A DNA stretch of 64,000 bases from Podarcis filfolensis (Eukaryota), in NCBI GenBank assembly GCA_964270895.1, contig OZ185437.1. One strand, given 5' to 3'. This document shows, one piece after another, positions 27,971 through 41,100 of this stretch. Position 1 is the first letter of the stretch, and the number at the start of each line of letters is the position of its first letter. The position numbers and the translations under genes are program-made. The notes under the pieces are model-generated. The model did not search any database. It was not told the DNA's origin and was given only the letters and a program-made list of their open reading frames with translations.

Positions 27971-29206
27971 CTATATTCCTCATAACACAGAATTCTAACT
28001 GCATCTTTGGGAACAGAGCTACTGAACTGCTGTCACACATGGGTAATTTGGGACAGGGGATTTGTGCCATCTTGAAAGGCCATCTTCAGAATGTTTTGAT
28101 CTATATTTTTGTATGTTATTTTTATTAAAGTTGAAGTCAGCAGAAATATCTTTTGATATAAAATGTTTTGTGGGGTATTTTTACATAACAATTATCCTTT
28201 ATCAAAGTACCTTTGATTATCCCACTAGAAATAACCTAGCTTCTGAAGAATATTGGCTTATTTTCCTTAATGAAATAAAGCACCCATCTTCCTTTATTCT
28301 GACAGAGGGATAGAATCAGCTTTCAAAAAAATACAGATGCCCTGTGCATTTGTATACCTATTTGCAGGGTACCAGTATATTTTGAAATATAATAGGTGTG
28401 ATTAAAAAGAAAAAAGAATCCAGAGATTTAAACTGCTTCAAGATCAAAGGAACAGAGCCAGCAACTACTAGGTGGCTTGTGTCTGATGGCATTTTTTATG
28501 TCTGTGTGTGGGTTTTTAAAAAAAACATTAGCATATCTTATTGAAAGAGATAATTGAACCATTGAATTGGGAGGTCCAGATCTTGAATATAAAATGCAAA
28601 ATATTTGCAAATTGCATGATTAGTAACCTTTCCTTTGTAGTTTTCTTTTGGGAAGCTGTTAAGCTAGCTCTAAGAAAGGAGGCAGCTAACTGTAGCCTAC
28701 AGCAAAGGGAAGATTATCAAGATAATGCTAGACTTTTTTGAGTCAAATATGAAACATTGCTGGTTTTTAAAATCATCTGTTGTTATTTATAAGCATAATC
28801 TCAATAGATGTAGCACAGGAATGTGCGTAATATCATCTCTCTTCCAACAGCAAGAATGCACTTCAGCGTAATTCAGGGTTCAGGTGACCTACACACATCC
28901 ATCATTTATAAGTCTTAAGGAAGACCACACCAGTTTGCTGATGATGGCTGCATGACTTAGTTATTCTCATGAGACCTAGATATAGTCTGTTGCCCTTTTG
29001 CACTGTCATTCCATGTTGTGCTTTGATGGACGCATGAGTAAATGAAAGGCTTGGTATCGATTTCCATACAGATGTTAATAATTTCTGTGTACATCATCCA
29101 TGGAATAGTGGTTACTCTTGCACAGAATTTGATATTGCAGTATTCCTTGATGAAGAGATGATGCACGAAGCTTGCACAACAGCCTTTTATCTCTTGGTCT
29201 GTGTGG

Positions 29207-29373
29207 CAGTGGCGTAGCGTGGGTTGTCAGAACCCGGGGCAAGGCAAGTAATTTGCACCCCTAACCCGTGGATTTGCGCCCCCTAACCCGTGGATTTGCG
29301 CCCCTAACCCTAACCCCCAGATGTTGCGCCCGGTGTGGCCGGCCCCCCCTGCACCCCCCACGCTACGCCACTG
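29207..29373 (+). mobile_element. hAT-type MITE with telomere-like internal repeats, copy 1
   Basis: Perfect 17-bp TIRs CAGTGGCGTAGCGTGGG / CCCACGCTACGCCACTG; 8-bp TSD CTGTGTGG at 29199-29206 and 29374-29381; internal ATTTGCGCCCC(C)TAACCC units. Confidence 0.92.
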
Positions 29374-30312
29374 CTGTGTGGATTCAAAGCTGAATCAGAG
29401 AAATGAATGCATTTTTCCTTGCTGTCATCTTAATGGACTTTTGTTTACATCACATGCCATCAAATACTGTAGAGGGATTGACTAGCTCTGCTCACAGGAA
29501 GCTGAGAACCAGCAGATTCTGTACAAAACAGAAGGTTGCACTTGAACTTTCTGGGGAAACTTTCAGACTTTCTGGTGGATGCTTTGTTTAGACATGATGA
29601 AATGGAGCTATTTGCTGCTGAATGGATCTATTTAGGATACCAATATGTCTTGCAGCCAGTATCTTTAGACTCTCTCTCAAGAAAAATAATCAGGAAGCAA
29701 TTTGCTTAACTTGTACTTTATCTGCAAACACACACACACACACAATCACAATAGAGCTACTATATCTGCACATAGTAACTCTATTGTGTGTGTGTTTGTA
29801 TCCCACTCCCTCACAGCAAGCAGTTCCAGCAAATTACCCCTTGTGGCAGCAGGGGGAAGTACCAGTAGAGGCTGGTGCTCATTGGTTCTGGTAGGGCAGA
29901 GAAGCCAATGTTAAGTGGCGCCAGAACCAATCACACCAGGTGGGTGCAGGCCCCAGTAGACCCCAGAGGGCAGCCTTTGCTATTTCCTCCCTAAGGGTGT
30001 GAGGATACCAGCAGAGCCTACTATTCGCCAAGAGGCAGCTATAGAGGCAGCATTGGGTGGGCATTGCTGAGGAGGAGGCAGATCTGACCTCCAAAGAGTG
30101 TGCCACAGCCACTGCTGCCACTGCTGCAGCAACCTCAGGCAGTGCATTCATTGGAGGCTGGATTTGCTGCCCCTGTGGATCCTGACACCCGGTTTCCTTA
30201 CTTTGCCTCATGAGTGGGCTGGCCTTGGAGCCAACTAATTTTAGTTTTGTCCATATCCTCCTCCCTGCTGAGTTCTGCAGGGAACTAAGGATGGTGGGGT
30301 ATAAATAATAAA

Positions 30313-30332
30313 ATTATTATTATTATTATTAT

Positions 30333-30366
<34 letters not shown>
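30313..30366 (+). repeat. Compound microsatellite (ATT)n(ACT)n at a short L2-type tail
   Basis: Preceded by GATGGTGGGGTATAAATAATAA, the reverse complement of the tail start at about 46510. Confidence 0.85.
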
Positions 30367-30367
<1 letters not shown>

Positions 30368-31227
30368 TTGAGGAGGGAGCATAATTCCCATCCATTCCCA
30401 TAGGGCTCTCAAAGGACAAGTGGCTGGTGAATTGTACCCTTGTTAAATGCATTAATAGAATGAATGGTTCCCACTATCATCACATAACACAGTGACTGTT
30501 TTACTCCTGAATTGTCTTGTGCACTGCTGACAAGAGGCAGGGTTTTGTTTTGTTTTGTTGCTTTTTTAAAAAAAAATCATTCTAAATAAGTTTTTGTTGT
30601 TGAATTTTTGATGGCACGCCATCACCTGCAGTAATAATTGGGGTTGCATTAATGGATAATGTTAGCAGAGTTTCTTCAGTGCCAAAGCAATTGCCATGCA
30701 TTACCATTTGCAGGTCTCATTACAATCATAGGAAGTGATAGAAAGGCGGAGGTTGCAAGGTCTTCTAAAAATGAGTCCGTTCAGTGACTCAGTGTGTGAC
30801 AGGGAGAAAATGGGACAAACTCATTCTACCTTCAGACATCAAAAAGAATGAGCAGAGATGAAACTTGTGATGTGTTTTAAGGCCTGATCCTTCTGTGCCT
30901 TTAAATACAGCTGGGTTTTCTTTTAAAACTAGTTAGCCCAGAATAGGTTCCTGGTGATGAGGCGGCTTCCAGTGCTAAAATACTGCTGAAATGTGCTAGG
31001 AAAACAGGACAGGCAGAAAACCCTTGAAAGATAAGAGCCTCTCCATTTCAGTGCAGGGATTTTCCAGCTTGTTCAGAGGCAGATGTAGTGCACTAGAATC
31101 CCGAAGAACAATGCTAATTAGTATTCCATTAAAAAGGAAGAAATCTTGCTGAGACCTGGAGTCACATCCCGACAGTCGAAGTGAAACATGGCTCACTAAT
31201 GTAGCCTTAATTCTTTTTATTTTGCAG

Positions 31228-31390
31228 AGACAGCAAGCTGACCATGTTGCTCCGGGAGTCCCTTGGGAACATGAACTGCCGTACTACCATGATAGCTCAC
31301 ATTTCGGCAGCTGCAGGGAACTATGCTGAAACACTTTCCACCATCCAGATTGCATCCAGGGTTTTAAGAATGAAGAAAAAGAAAACAAAG
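31228..31390 (+). CDS. KIF26B: KIF26B coding exon (about exon 11), end of kinesin motor domain
   Basis: Acceptor ttctttttattttgcag|A and donor AAG|gtaagg. Translates (x)[54 protein letters not shown], matching the kinesin DSKLT..LL..SLG..TTMIA.IS motif and the recalled KIF26B sequence. 163 nt; starts in phase 2, ends in phase 0. Confidence 0.96.
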
Positions 31391-34197
31391 GTAAGGACAA
31401 GGGGGGAACTCTTTTGTTGCCATGCTCTGGAAAGAGCATGACAAGCTAGGGATCCGAAAGAAATGGGAGAGGCCTTGAAAGTGAAGCTTCTAACAAAAAT
31501 CAATATTCTTAATTTCTGATGGTATGGCAGTACATCCGAGTGCATGAGGGAAATCATATGTTCATTGTTAGATGAATGATTGGTTATTATAGGCACAGAA
31601 ATGGCAGAGTTCAAACTCTCATGTTGCTTTCTTGAAGTCTATGTAGCATGGAATCCTGGTTAAAAGTCAAGCTGGAATAATTTATTAACATCATTCACGT
31701 TAGCAGCCTAAGGATTGTTAAATGTGAGCTGAGATCAATTAACAGATTCTACAAAATATCACCGCACAACAATCTCTTCCCAGAAAGAAATCTCTGCAAC
31801 AGAGCATGCTGTAGTGTGTGACACCAGTGTTAATTTTGATAGCATTTCCCTCATTAACCTTACAATGAGCACAAACTTTTTTTAAAAAAAACAACAAGAC
31901 TAGCTGATGTGGTCCGGATGGTACTAATTCAGCCAGTGCATTTGAAGCCAACGTGATATTTTATCTTGAGAGTGAAAATTGAGAAGCTTGGTGTTCTGAT
32001 CTGAATTCTATATAGTTCTTTTAGAGAAGACTGCATATACCAGTGCTCAGTTTTGATAAAAATCAGAAGCTAACATGCATTTACAGCAAGAAAAGGTTGA
32101 TCCAACACACATTATTTTGTATCTCTTCTTCTCTAGCCACTATCTAAATGAAACTGAATTTAAAGGGTCGTGAGGACATTAATTTAAATTTGCAACAACT
32201 AAATAAAACTGTGAAAGTTAGTTGCCTAGGACTTTAGTATTGAGAGTATGTTCCCTCACAGTCACTGAGACTTTTTACTTCTTTTTGAAGTTAGACATGT
32301 GGGATCAGGACTTGGTAGAAGTGCCTCTCTAAGGAGACTTGCCTTGTTCCTACTCTGGACAATTTCTGCCAGCAGATAACGGCTTTTTAATTTTGGAAAC
32401 TTCCTTCTCTTAAGCAAGCAATCAGCTTTTATTGCAGCTTAAGGCTGAAATCCAATACTTACCTCAATAGGACTTCCTTCTGTGCCAATATGTATTATGC
32501 TGCTAGCTGCTTATATTTTATTGCTGGGAGTGGTTTAATTGTTATTTCATTTGATATTGGCTTCAGTAGTTTGTGGAAATCACTTTGAAAGGAGGCTCAT
32601 AAAATGTATAAAGAAATAAAATGAAAGTCCCACTGTGTTAAAGTGTGTATCAGGAAACACATATTAACTATAATAAAAAAATTGATAACTTGGACAGAGA
32701 AGTAGTGGAATCCTTTCTTAGAGATTTTTCAGAAAGTTACTGAGCGCATCTATTTGCCATTATTAAAATCTAGGAAATTTTTGTATTACTTGAGCTTTTG
32801 TTGCTAGGAACTGGACTAGAGGATCAATGTGTTCCCCTGCATCCTGAAATGCAGAGGTGAACCCTCTTTTATATAGTTAATGGAAGAAAGACGTGGGAGG
32901 CATGGTTTGTTTTTTCTCATTCCTCCTTTTCTGCTTTCATCTCCACCGCTGTAATCACAGAAGTAAGCCCCCTTGATTCTAGTGAAATACACTTCCAAGT
33001 GTGCTTATCCCAGCCACCTAATTAAGTGATGGGTGTTGCTTACTAAATGCTCATCCACTTTCAACTATATGTTTCAGCTCAACATCATTAGCCTTTGGTT
33101 TTAGCTGTAGACTTCAGTCATCCATCTAAAGTAACTCCACTGTGATCAGTGAATGAATTTCAGAGTAAATAATTGCAAGAATGCCATGGCAGGCTTTTTA
33201 ATGAATTTGTTTTAACAACTGTCAAAAGGAACACTGGGATCAAAGTGGCATGCAGCCCAATCTTACACATATTTAGTTGGTAGAGCAACTCACTGAGTTC
33301 AGCAGAAGAATTGTAGCATCAGGCATTTTTCCTCAATATGATTGCACAACAACATACCCCAGTAAATGACATTGTTGTCTGACTGCATAGGTTATTTATA
33401 AACAGGCATGAAGACCATACTATTCACAGTGCATGAGTTGGAGCTCTCCATGATAAGGAGCTGGTCCCTGTTATCTTGGGCAGATCACTACTGTCCGACC
33501 TCAGTTTTTCATATGAAAAATGGGAATAACATTGACAAAACTCACAACAAAGGAATGAAGGAGAACCTTATAAATGTAACATGTTTGAAATAAATTGGTT
33601 TTCATTTCACTTTAGAACTTCTTTTTACTCTCTGTGATTATGCTAAAGCCCAGTGTGCATGAACAGAGGAGCCGTGAGTGAGGATGGAAGTCAGCTTGCA
33701 CCTGTGGTCCAGAGTCACTGCAGCTTCCCAGTAAGGAGAAGGGCAAGGCCATGGGAATGTCAGTGTTGTGCAGATGCACCTGCAGAGCCAATCTGCCCCT
33801 CCTGTTGGTGCATCCACACCGTTCCCAGCTCCCCACTGCCTCACCCTTCTCCCTCCCAGTAAGCAAGTGCCCTCCCCAGCAACTGCTCCTATATGAACAA
33901 ATAGAGCAATATGACAGCTGCTTAACTCCAAGCACATGGAGCTATTTGAAATGCTAAACCATTTCTGTACAGCAAGCTGCCACATGGACTTGGTGGCTTT
34001 ATCCCTGATGCCAGAAGCCCCCGGCTTCACGAAGCACTCTACTACATGTTGAATGAGGCAATCTCCATGCCTGGTGGCCTTTGCAGTAGCCTCTGCATGC
34101 ATAACGGCTTATATGAGACCATGGGGTGTGGATTTCAGCTCCGTGGAAGGGGGGTTCTTTGAAATGCTAACCTTTCCCCTGTCTTCCTACCCAACAG

Positions 34198-37100
34198 TAC
34201 ACGTCAAGCTCTTCTGGAGGAGAAAGTTCTTGTGAAGAAGGGAGGATGCGGAGGCCAACCCAGCTGAGGCCCTTCCATTCTCGGAACGTTGTTGATCCGG
34301 ACTTCCCCATTCTTCACTTGTCAAGTGACCCAGATTATTCTTCTAGCAGCGAACAGTCATGCGACACCGTCATTTATGTTGGCCCCAACGGCACAGCCCT
34401 TTCGGACAAGGAACTAACTGACAACGAAGGTCCCCCGGATTTTGTCCCCATAGTTCCTGCCCTTCAGAAGACCAAAACCGAAGGCAAGCTGGAGGACATG
34501 AGTGAGACAGCCCCCAGCACTTCTGAGAGAGACTGCTTGAAGTGCAATACATTTGCGGAACTCCAGGAGAGGTTAGACTGCATTGACGGCAGTGAGGAGA
34601 CTGATACGTTTCCTTTTGAAGAACTGCCTGTTCAGTTCAGCACTGACCAAGTGACTAAGTGTCCTGTGTCAGGTCAAGCAGCAGAGCTCACTAGTACATC
34701 AGAAGAAGGCCTGGCAGGCTGCCAAGAACCTGATAAAGATTTCAAGGAAAACCTGAATGCAACAGCCAACAAAATTCAGGGAAGCCATTCCCCTGTTCAC
34801 ACCGGGGTGCTTAATGAGGCACCCACCCCTCCATCACCTAGGAGTGTTACAGGCAGTCCAAGTAGCCACACAAACTCTTCCCAGCAATCCCACGGCACGG
34901 ATCTGCAGAGCAGCCGAGAAAGCCTGAACACTTGCGGCTTTGTAGAAAGCAAGCCTCGGCCCATGGGTTCCCCGCGGCTTGGCATTGCAAGCCTTTCCAA
35001 GACATCCGAGTACAAGCCGCCCACTTCTCCTTCTCAGAGGTGCAAGGTTTACACCCAGAAAGGGGTGCTGCCCAACCCTGCACCACCACCGTCATCCTTA
35101 AGCAAGGACTCCGGGATGGTGTCCAGTGAGTCTCTGATGCAGCCAGAGATCCGCACTCCTCCCATTGGCATGAGCCCACAGCTCATGAAAAAGTCCGTGT
35201 CTTCCAGCAGTGCTGATTATGGGGAGCCCATTGACAACGAAGAGCAGCAGGAGCAGCAGCAAGAGCCCCCTCTTTCTCCTGAGTCAAAGAAGGAGATTTT
35301 GAGCACCACCATGGTCACGGTGCAGCAGCCCTTAGAGCTGAATGGAGAAGATGAGCTGGTATTCACCCTGGTTGAAGAACTGACCATTAGTGGGGTTCTG
35401 GAGAACGGACGTCCAACAAGTATCATCAGCTTTAACAGTGATTGTTCTGTGCAAGCTCTGGCCTCCGGGTCTAGGCCGGTTAGCATTATCAGCAGCATCA
35501 GTGAAGATCTTGAATGCTATGCCAGTACAGCTCCTGTGTCTGAGGTCAGTATCACCCAGTTTATGCCTCTTCCAAAAATGGGACTGGATCACAAAGCTGA
35601 AGAGGCTGAAAGCAGACGTTCCTCTATCAGCTCATGGTTGAGTGAAATGAGCACCGGAAGTGATGGTGAACAGTCATGCCACAGCTTCATAGCCCAAGCA
35701 TGCTATGGGCATGGGGAAGCACTGGCAGATGCGCCCATTCCTGAACTGGCAAGAGCCGTACAGAACAGCAGTGTGGTTTGTATAAATGACAAGCAAAAGC
35801 CAGTCACCGAGGAAATATTTGTACTGCCAGAGGTTACCGACGAAAGTATTAATAAAATGTCACCTATCAAAGGTTGTAAAATATCAGCCCTGGGAAAGAC
35901 TATGGTCACCATATCAAACACCACAAGCCTAAGCAGTTGTGAAGGTTTCATTCCAATGAAGACCAACATTACTGTGTATCCATGTATTGCTGTTAATCCC
36001 TTTAAGGCCCAAGAGCCGCCAGAGACCATATCTGCAGTGTCGTCACCAGCAAAAGTTCCCCAGCCTCAAGAGGTGAAGGAATCCAGTGTAAGAAAAGAAA
36101 TAAAGTTTGATGATCCTTGGCTAAAGAGGGAAGACAGTGTGAAAAAAGAAAGCTGTGGCCCCAAGGCTGAAGCCATCACTCAACAAAATAAGAAGCAGAA
36201 GTCAGCAGACAGGTTTAGCAGCAGTAGCGGAGAGACTTCCAGCTCCCCGGGAACGGAAAACCTGAAGAGGGTTGTAGATGGATGTGAAATGGGACTTCCC
36301 AGTTCCGCAGCCCACAGCCCAGCACACACTACGGAGAGCTTTAAAAATGGCAGCCTCATGAGAGGCGTTCAGAAGGCCAGCAAGCTGGAGGAATTGGATG
36401 CTGTTTCCTATCATTACATTGAGGAGAACGGTGCCATTAGCTGTTCTGTTGGGTCCCAGACTTCCAGAGCTAGCCTGGAAAGAAGGATTGCGTCCCCCAA
36501 ACACTGTGTTCTCACACGTCCAAAAGGAACTCCGCCATTGCCTCCCGTGAGGAAATCTAGCCTGGATCAGAAAAATAGGGCCAGCCCTCAGCACAGCACA
36601 TGCAGTAGCAGCACCAGCAGCCCTTTGAACCAACCAGCACCTTTCCTGGCTAGTTTTCCCGATGAGCTGAATGGGAAACAAAAGGGTTCCAGTATGGAGA
36701 GCGGTAACAATAGCAGCAGTAAATTGTTTAGTGCCAAACTTGAGCAGCTGGCCAGCAGAACCAATTCCTTGGGAAGGTCCAGTGGGAGCCATTATGAGTG
36801 CCTGTCTTTGGAAAGGGCAGAGAGTCTGTCCTCTGTCAGCTCCAAGATGGGTCCTGGGAAAGACACCACAATGCCCAGAGCTGGGAGAAGTTTCAACCGC
36901 AGTGCAATGTCCTCACCCACAAACTCAGGCCTTTCTCAGTCTGCAGGGGCCTCGCCAAAGGCCAGTCAATCAAAGATCTCTGCAGTGAGCAAGCTCCTCT
37001 TGGCAAGTCCTAAAGCTCGAAGCCTGGCTGCCTCAACCACCAAAACACTTAGCTTCTCTACCAAGTCCCTCCCTCAGTCTGTGGGGCAGAGTTCAGGCTT

Positions 37101-37603
37101 GCCTCCGAATGGAAAGAATATGTCCTGGTCTACTCAGTCTCTCAGCAGGAACAGGGGCTCTGGGCTCTCCTCAAAACTGCCCCTCAGAGCCGTCAATGGG
37201 AGGATCTCAGAACTTCTGCAAGGAAGCACAGGCACCAGAGGGCTGCAGTTGCGTAGGAACTCGGACACAGATGATCGCAGCGCCGTCCACGGAGAAGAGA
37301 AGCCAACTGTTCACCTGCTGCCTTCACCTTACAGCAAGATCACTCCTCCTCGGAAGCCTCACCGCTGTAGCAGTGGCCACGGAAGTGACAACAGCAGTGT
37401 CCTGAGTGGGGAGCTGCCACCTGCCATGGGGAAAACAGCCTTGTTCTACCACAGTGGAGGAAGCAGCGGGTATGAAAGCATGATGAGAGACAGTGAAGCA
37501 ACAGGAAGTGCTTCCTCAGCACAAGACTCTATGAGCGAGAACAGCAGCTCCCTCAGTGGGAGGTGCCGAAGTCTCAAAAATCCAAAGAAGCGTTCAAATA
37601 CAG
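34198..37603 (+). CDS. KIF26B: KIF26B giant coding exon (about exon 12), Ser/Pro-rich tail
   Basis: Acceptor cctttcccctgtcttcctacccaacag|TAC begins [26 protein letters not shown], in frame with the 1129-aa ORF. Contains KIF26B blocks [39 protein letters not shown] and [35 protein letters not shown]. Donor ACAG|gtatgt. 3406 nt, ends in phase 1. Confidence 0.97.
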
Positions 37604-37943
37604 GTATGTCCTTAGACTTCTACATTGAGAAATAGCACCGAGACCTGCTAAGTAGGTTTCAGAGTTACTTACCTTATCGGGGGGAATGCTAAAAACTTTT
37701 CCATTGGAAATTAAGGCATTTTAAGGTGATTAAGTCAGGAGGAATTGGGCAGAAGAGGATGAACAGTCGTTGGAGACCAAGACATGTGCCCAAATAATTG
37801 TGAGCTAGAATAATATGTGACACTGTAGAACATCTTTACTGCTTGCATGGCATGGAAGTTCAGCTGGGGGAAATTTAACAGAGAATTTCCGTGCTTTTTG
37901 TTAGGTGAGTAAATATGTGACTATGCCAGTTCTTCTATTAAAC

Positions 37944-38081
37944 CAACCTTCTCCAGCCTGGTGCTGCCCTCTAGATGCCTTGGTCTCCAGCTTCCATCAG
38001 CCCCAGTCAGCATAGCCAATGGTCAGGGATGATGGGAACTGTAAACCAAAACAACTGGTGGGCACCAACTTGACTTGGCTG
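37944..38081. mobile_element. Palindromic MITE (degenerate)
   Basis: CAACCTTCTCCAGCCTGGTGC...CCATCAGCCCC..GGGATGATGGG...GGCACCAACTTG; same family as 41965. Confidence 0.65.
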
Positions 38082-38088
38082 ACTTCAG

Positions 38089-38089
<1 letters not shown>

Positions 38090-38119
<30 letters not shown>

Positions 38120-38126
38120 CTTCTTC
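38090..38126 (+). repeat. (CTT)n microsatellite
   Basis: About 12 perfect units read directly. Confidence 0.95.
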
Positions 38127-41100
38127 TCTGGAAGGGCATTTTTCAGGGTCCATTCTTCATTTGTCTAGACTTTGCTTCATCTGTACAGATGGAAATTACT
38201 GTTCTGTGCCCAAAGCAAAGACTCAAAGCATTTTGAACTAGAGCACGAGAATATTATTCTTTCAAGACTACCATCAAGAATAATTCTCAAAAGACGTAAC
38301 TATTTCCAATTTCCATCACTAGCCTATCTTAGGGTTTTGTTTTATTTTTGTCATTTCTGCCTTATATTCAACAACCCAGCCCAGTGTCCCTTTTAGAATG
38401 GCGTTCTTCCTGTTTGTTCTTACCAATGAATGTGTTTTAATGAGAAAAGCAGGTTGTGTAGAGGACATTTTCTTACCTACTGTCTTATTTGTTTTATTTA
38501 TCACATGTTTATCCTCTTCCTCAGGGGATAAACAACTTAGGACAGTATGTGGGAGATGAGCCATTTTATCTTCATAACAACCTTATGTTCACCCATAACT
38601 TCCATGACAGGATTTCAACCTATGGCTCTAGTTCCAAGTCATAGAAACCCCTCTGTAGTATAATGGAAAATATCCAACTCTCTCTCCATTATACCATACT
38701 GACTCTTCCAATAGTATTGACTACAAAGATCTGGGGTGGGGGTTATGTGACATTCTAGATGTTGCTGGGAGCCCAGCCATGGGAAGATATGCTACATGTC
38801 CCTGTTCAATGGACAGCCTGAAACTCAACTTTGCTCTTTTCCTTCCCTCCAATCCCAATTGGCTACACACTCTTCTCAGCTATTTGTGGGTTTTGCTAGT
38901 GATCCAGCCCCACCTTTCAGCATTCCCTGTGAATGGATTGACAAGAAATGAAGCAGATATTCCACTAGAAGGGCTGCATAGGTGGAAAGGCCATCCAGTC
39001 CTTTTCCTCTGAACCACTGATCCAACAAGGCAAAAGAGAGACCACATTCCAGCAGTGGACTATTGGTCAATTTCTTGTAGACCACCTAGATTCTTATAAT
39101 GAATGCTGGACTAGATGGGCCTCAGGCTGATCCAGCAATTACTCCTTAGTTTGTAATTACAGGTTCAGGATACGTATTTCTAATGCTCAAGCGCATTATG
39201 AATCAAACATCATTTGCCATAGACATTCTTCTGCCACTTTGAGTGTAAAATAATATCCTTCAAATGTGCCAGCTGAGACCCATTCATTAATCAGTGAAGC
39301 AAAAGTGGATCACACAAGACAGAAGCCACCCCACCCTTCACCTCTTGCTCCCAGTGTGCTGACAATCCTAGAATACAAAGCTAGCACCCATACTAATGAC
39401 CAAAGTATAGCAGGCTGAGTAGCAAGGAGAATTTTAACCTACATCAGATAGAGCTGATTTTTGCCTGACCTAGTGGAATGGCTTCATAAGTGAGGGGAAT
39501 ATATACTTTCCATTTCTAGCTTACTTCATGGGAGGCCCTACTTTCCTATAGTTGCAAATGAACTCTATTGGCCATGGCTGGTCTAAAAGGTATGTGGCCT
39601 ATCCAAAAAGGATTTGTTTACTATCGCCAAGATGGTAGAGTCATGTTTCTTCTGAGCATGTTCTCAAATCCTTCCTCAAGAAAGGGAAGGGACTTGCTCT
39701 ATTACAAGGCTGGCACACTCTGGTTATATATTTGATGCTGGGCACACTTTAGTTACATTTCTCCTGCTATGATACAGGATCCGCCTCTTTTTCAGAAGAG
39801 GCTGAATAAGCATCTGTCAGGGATGGTTGAGATCTAGAAAATCCTGGCATAATGCAGGTGTTGGGACAGCTTGACCCTTGAGCTCCCTTCTAGCACTCAG
39901 ACACACTCGATGGGAATGACTTGCCCTGTTACCCTGATAGATCTTGAATCCATTGACCTTCAGCACAAAGTGTGCAGCTCATCTTTACTAAGCCGTGCAA
40001 AGCAGGGAATGTGTAATGGAAGAGGGAGGGGTTAAAGATTAATTTTGAGCTTGGATGCATCTATTTTTATCAGACCACCATTTTTAATGAATTGTACCCA
40101 TTTCTAATTAAGCCTGGAAGTAACAGGTCATATTTAAACACCTTGTCATTCCTTTAAAAAAAAAAAAGACAGTCAATGCAAATATCTTTTTTTTCTCATT
40201 AAACATTTGTCAATAAATAAAGCCTTCCACTTTTCATAGCATGTTTTCTCATTGAATTCCCACCCCCCAGCAATAAAGTCATAATTCTGTATTGGATGGA
40301 AGCACAATCTTTTACATGTCAATAGATTTATGAGGACATAAACATAAGATTATGACTGCAGCAGTGGGCCAGGCTCAAACTGGAGTGAAATGGGGAAATC
40401 CGCTGGCATTAATTTATGGACAAGAATAGTCTTGCTTCAGTTTTTCCCCCTCTTAAAGGCAGATCTCCTTCCCTTAATCCTTGTCCATGTATAAAAGATT
40501 GCCATTGCGATTTAAATATACATATCTATCTCAAAGAACCCAAGGCATTTCCTATTATCTTAAACTATGGTGTCAAGAGCACTGGACCTTTCCTGATTTG
40601 CTGTCATGGATACACATTGCTATAATGGATATGGTGCTGTAGATATGCTCATTTCAGGTCAGGTGACCTTGTCTGGTTTATTTATGATTATTATTAACGG
40701 AAATGCTAGCTGTCAGGCGTGATCAACATGAATCAACAGAAAACCCCTTTTAGAGAGGCCACAAAGACTTTTAAGAAAATCACCAGCAGTCTTGTGAGGT
40801 TTCAGGATTGCTTTTGAAGTTCTCACACACAGAAGAGACAGATTCCTCTCTTCTCCCTGCCTCCTGGAGATTTTGTTTTCTTTTGGTTTTCCTTAAGTGC
40901 ATTACAGTACTTCTATATACTTAAGTAACGGTTTTAGAACCTGAGCATCAAAGGGTACGCAACAGGTTTTGAAAGACAAGAGCAATTTACCTTTCAGTTT
41001 TAGTCCTGCTTAAATTTCAGGTTCTAAATTTCATAAGCACAGGAAACTGCTTGCAGCTACCTGATCGTTACATAGCCTAAACAAAACACATAGTGTTTAA

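Noticed and set aside
29250-29316. True interstitial telomere or CRISPR-like array
   Set aside because: Only a few degenerate units with no unique spacers, inside a TIR- and TSD-bounded MITE in a vertebrate genome.
1-31227. Upstream motor-domain exons (e.g. GGRSRLHLIDLGS / LSALGNVILAL)
   Set aside because: Not found by eye; probably upstream of the window. A tBLASTn would settle it.
34370-37522. Many short ORFs on other frames and the opposite strand within exon 12
   Set aside because: Shadow ORFs expected from GC-rich coding sequence.
34246-37635. 1129-aa ORF as a standalone intronless gene
   Set aside because: It is an internal KIF26B exon: the acceptor lies 48 nt upstream of the ATG, the donor is at 37603, and flanking exons join in phase.
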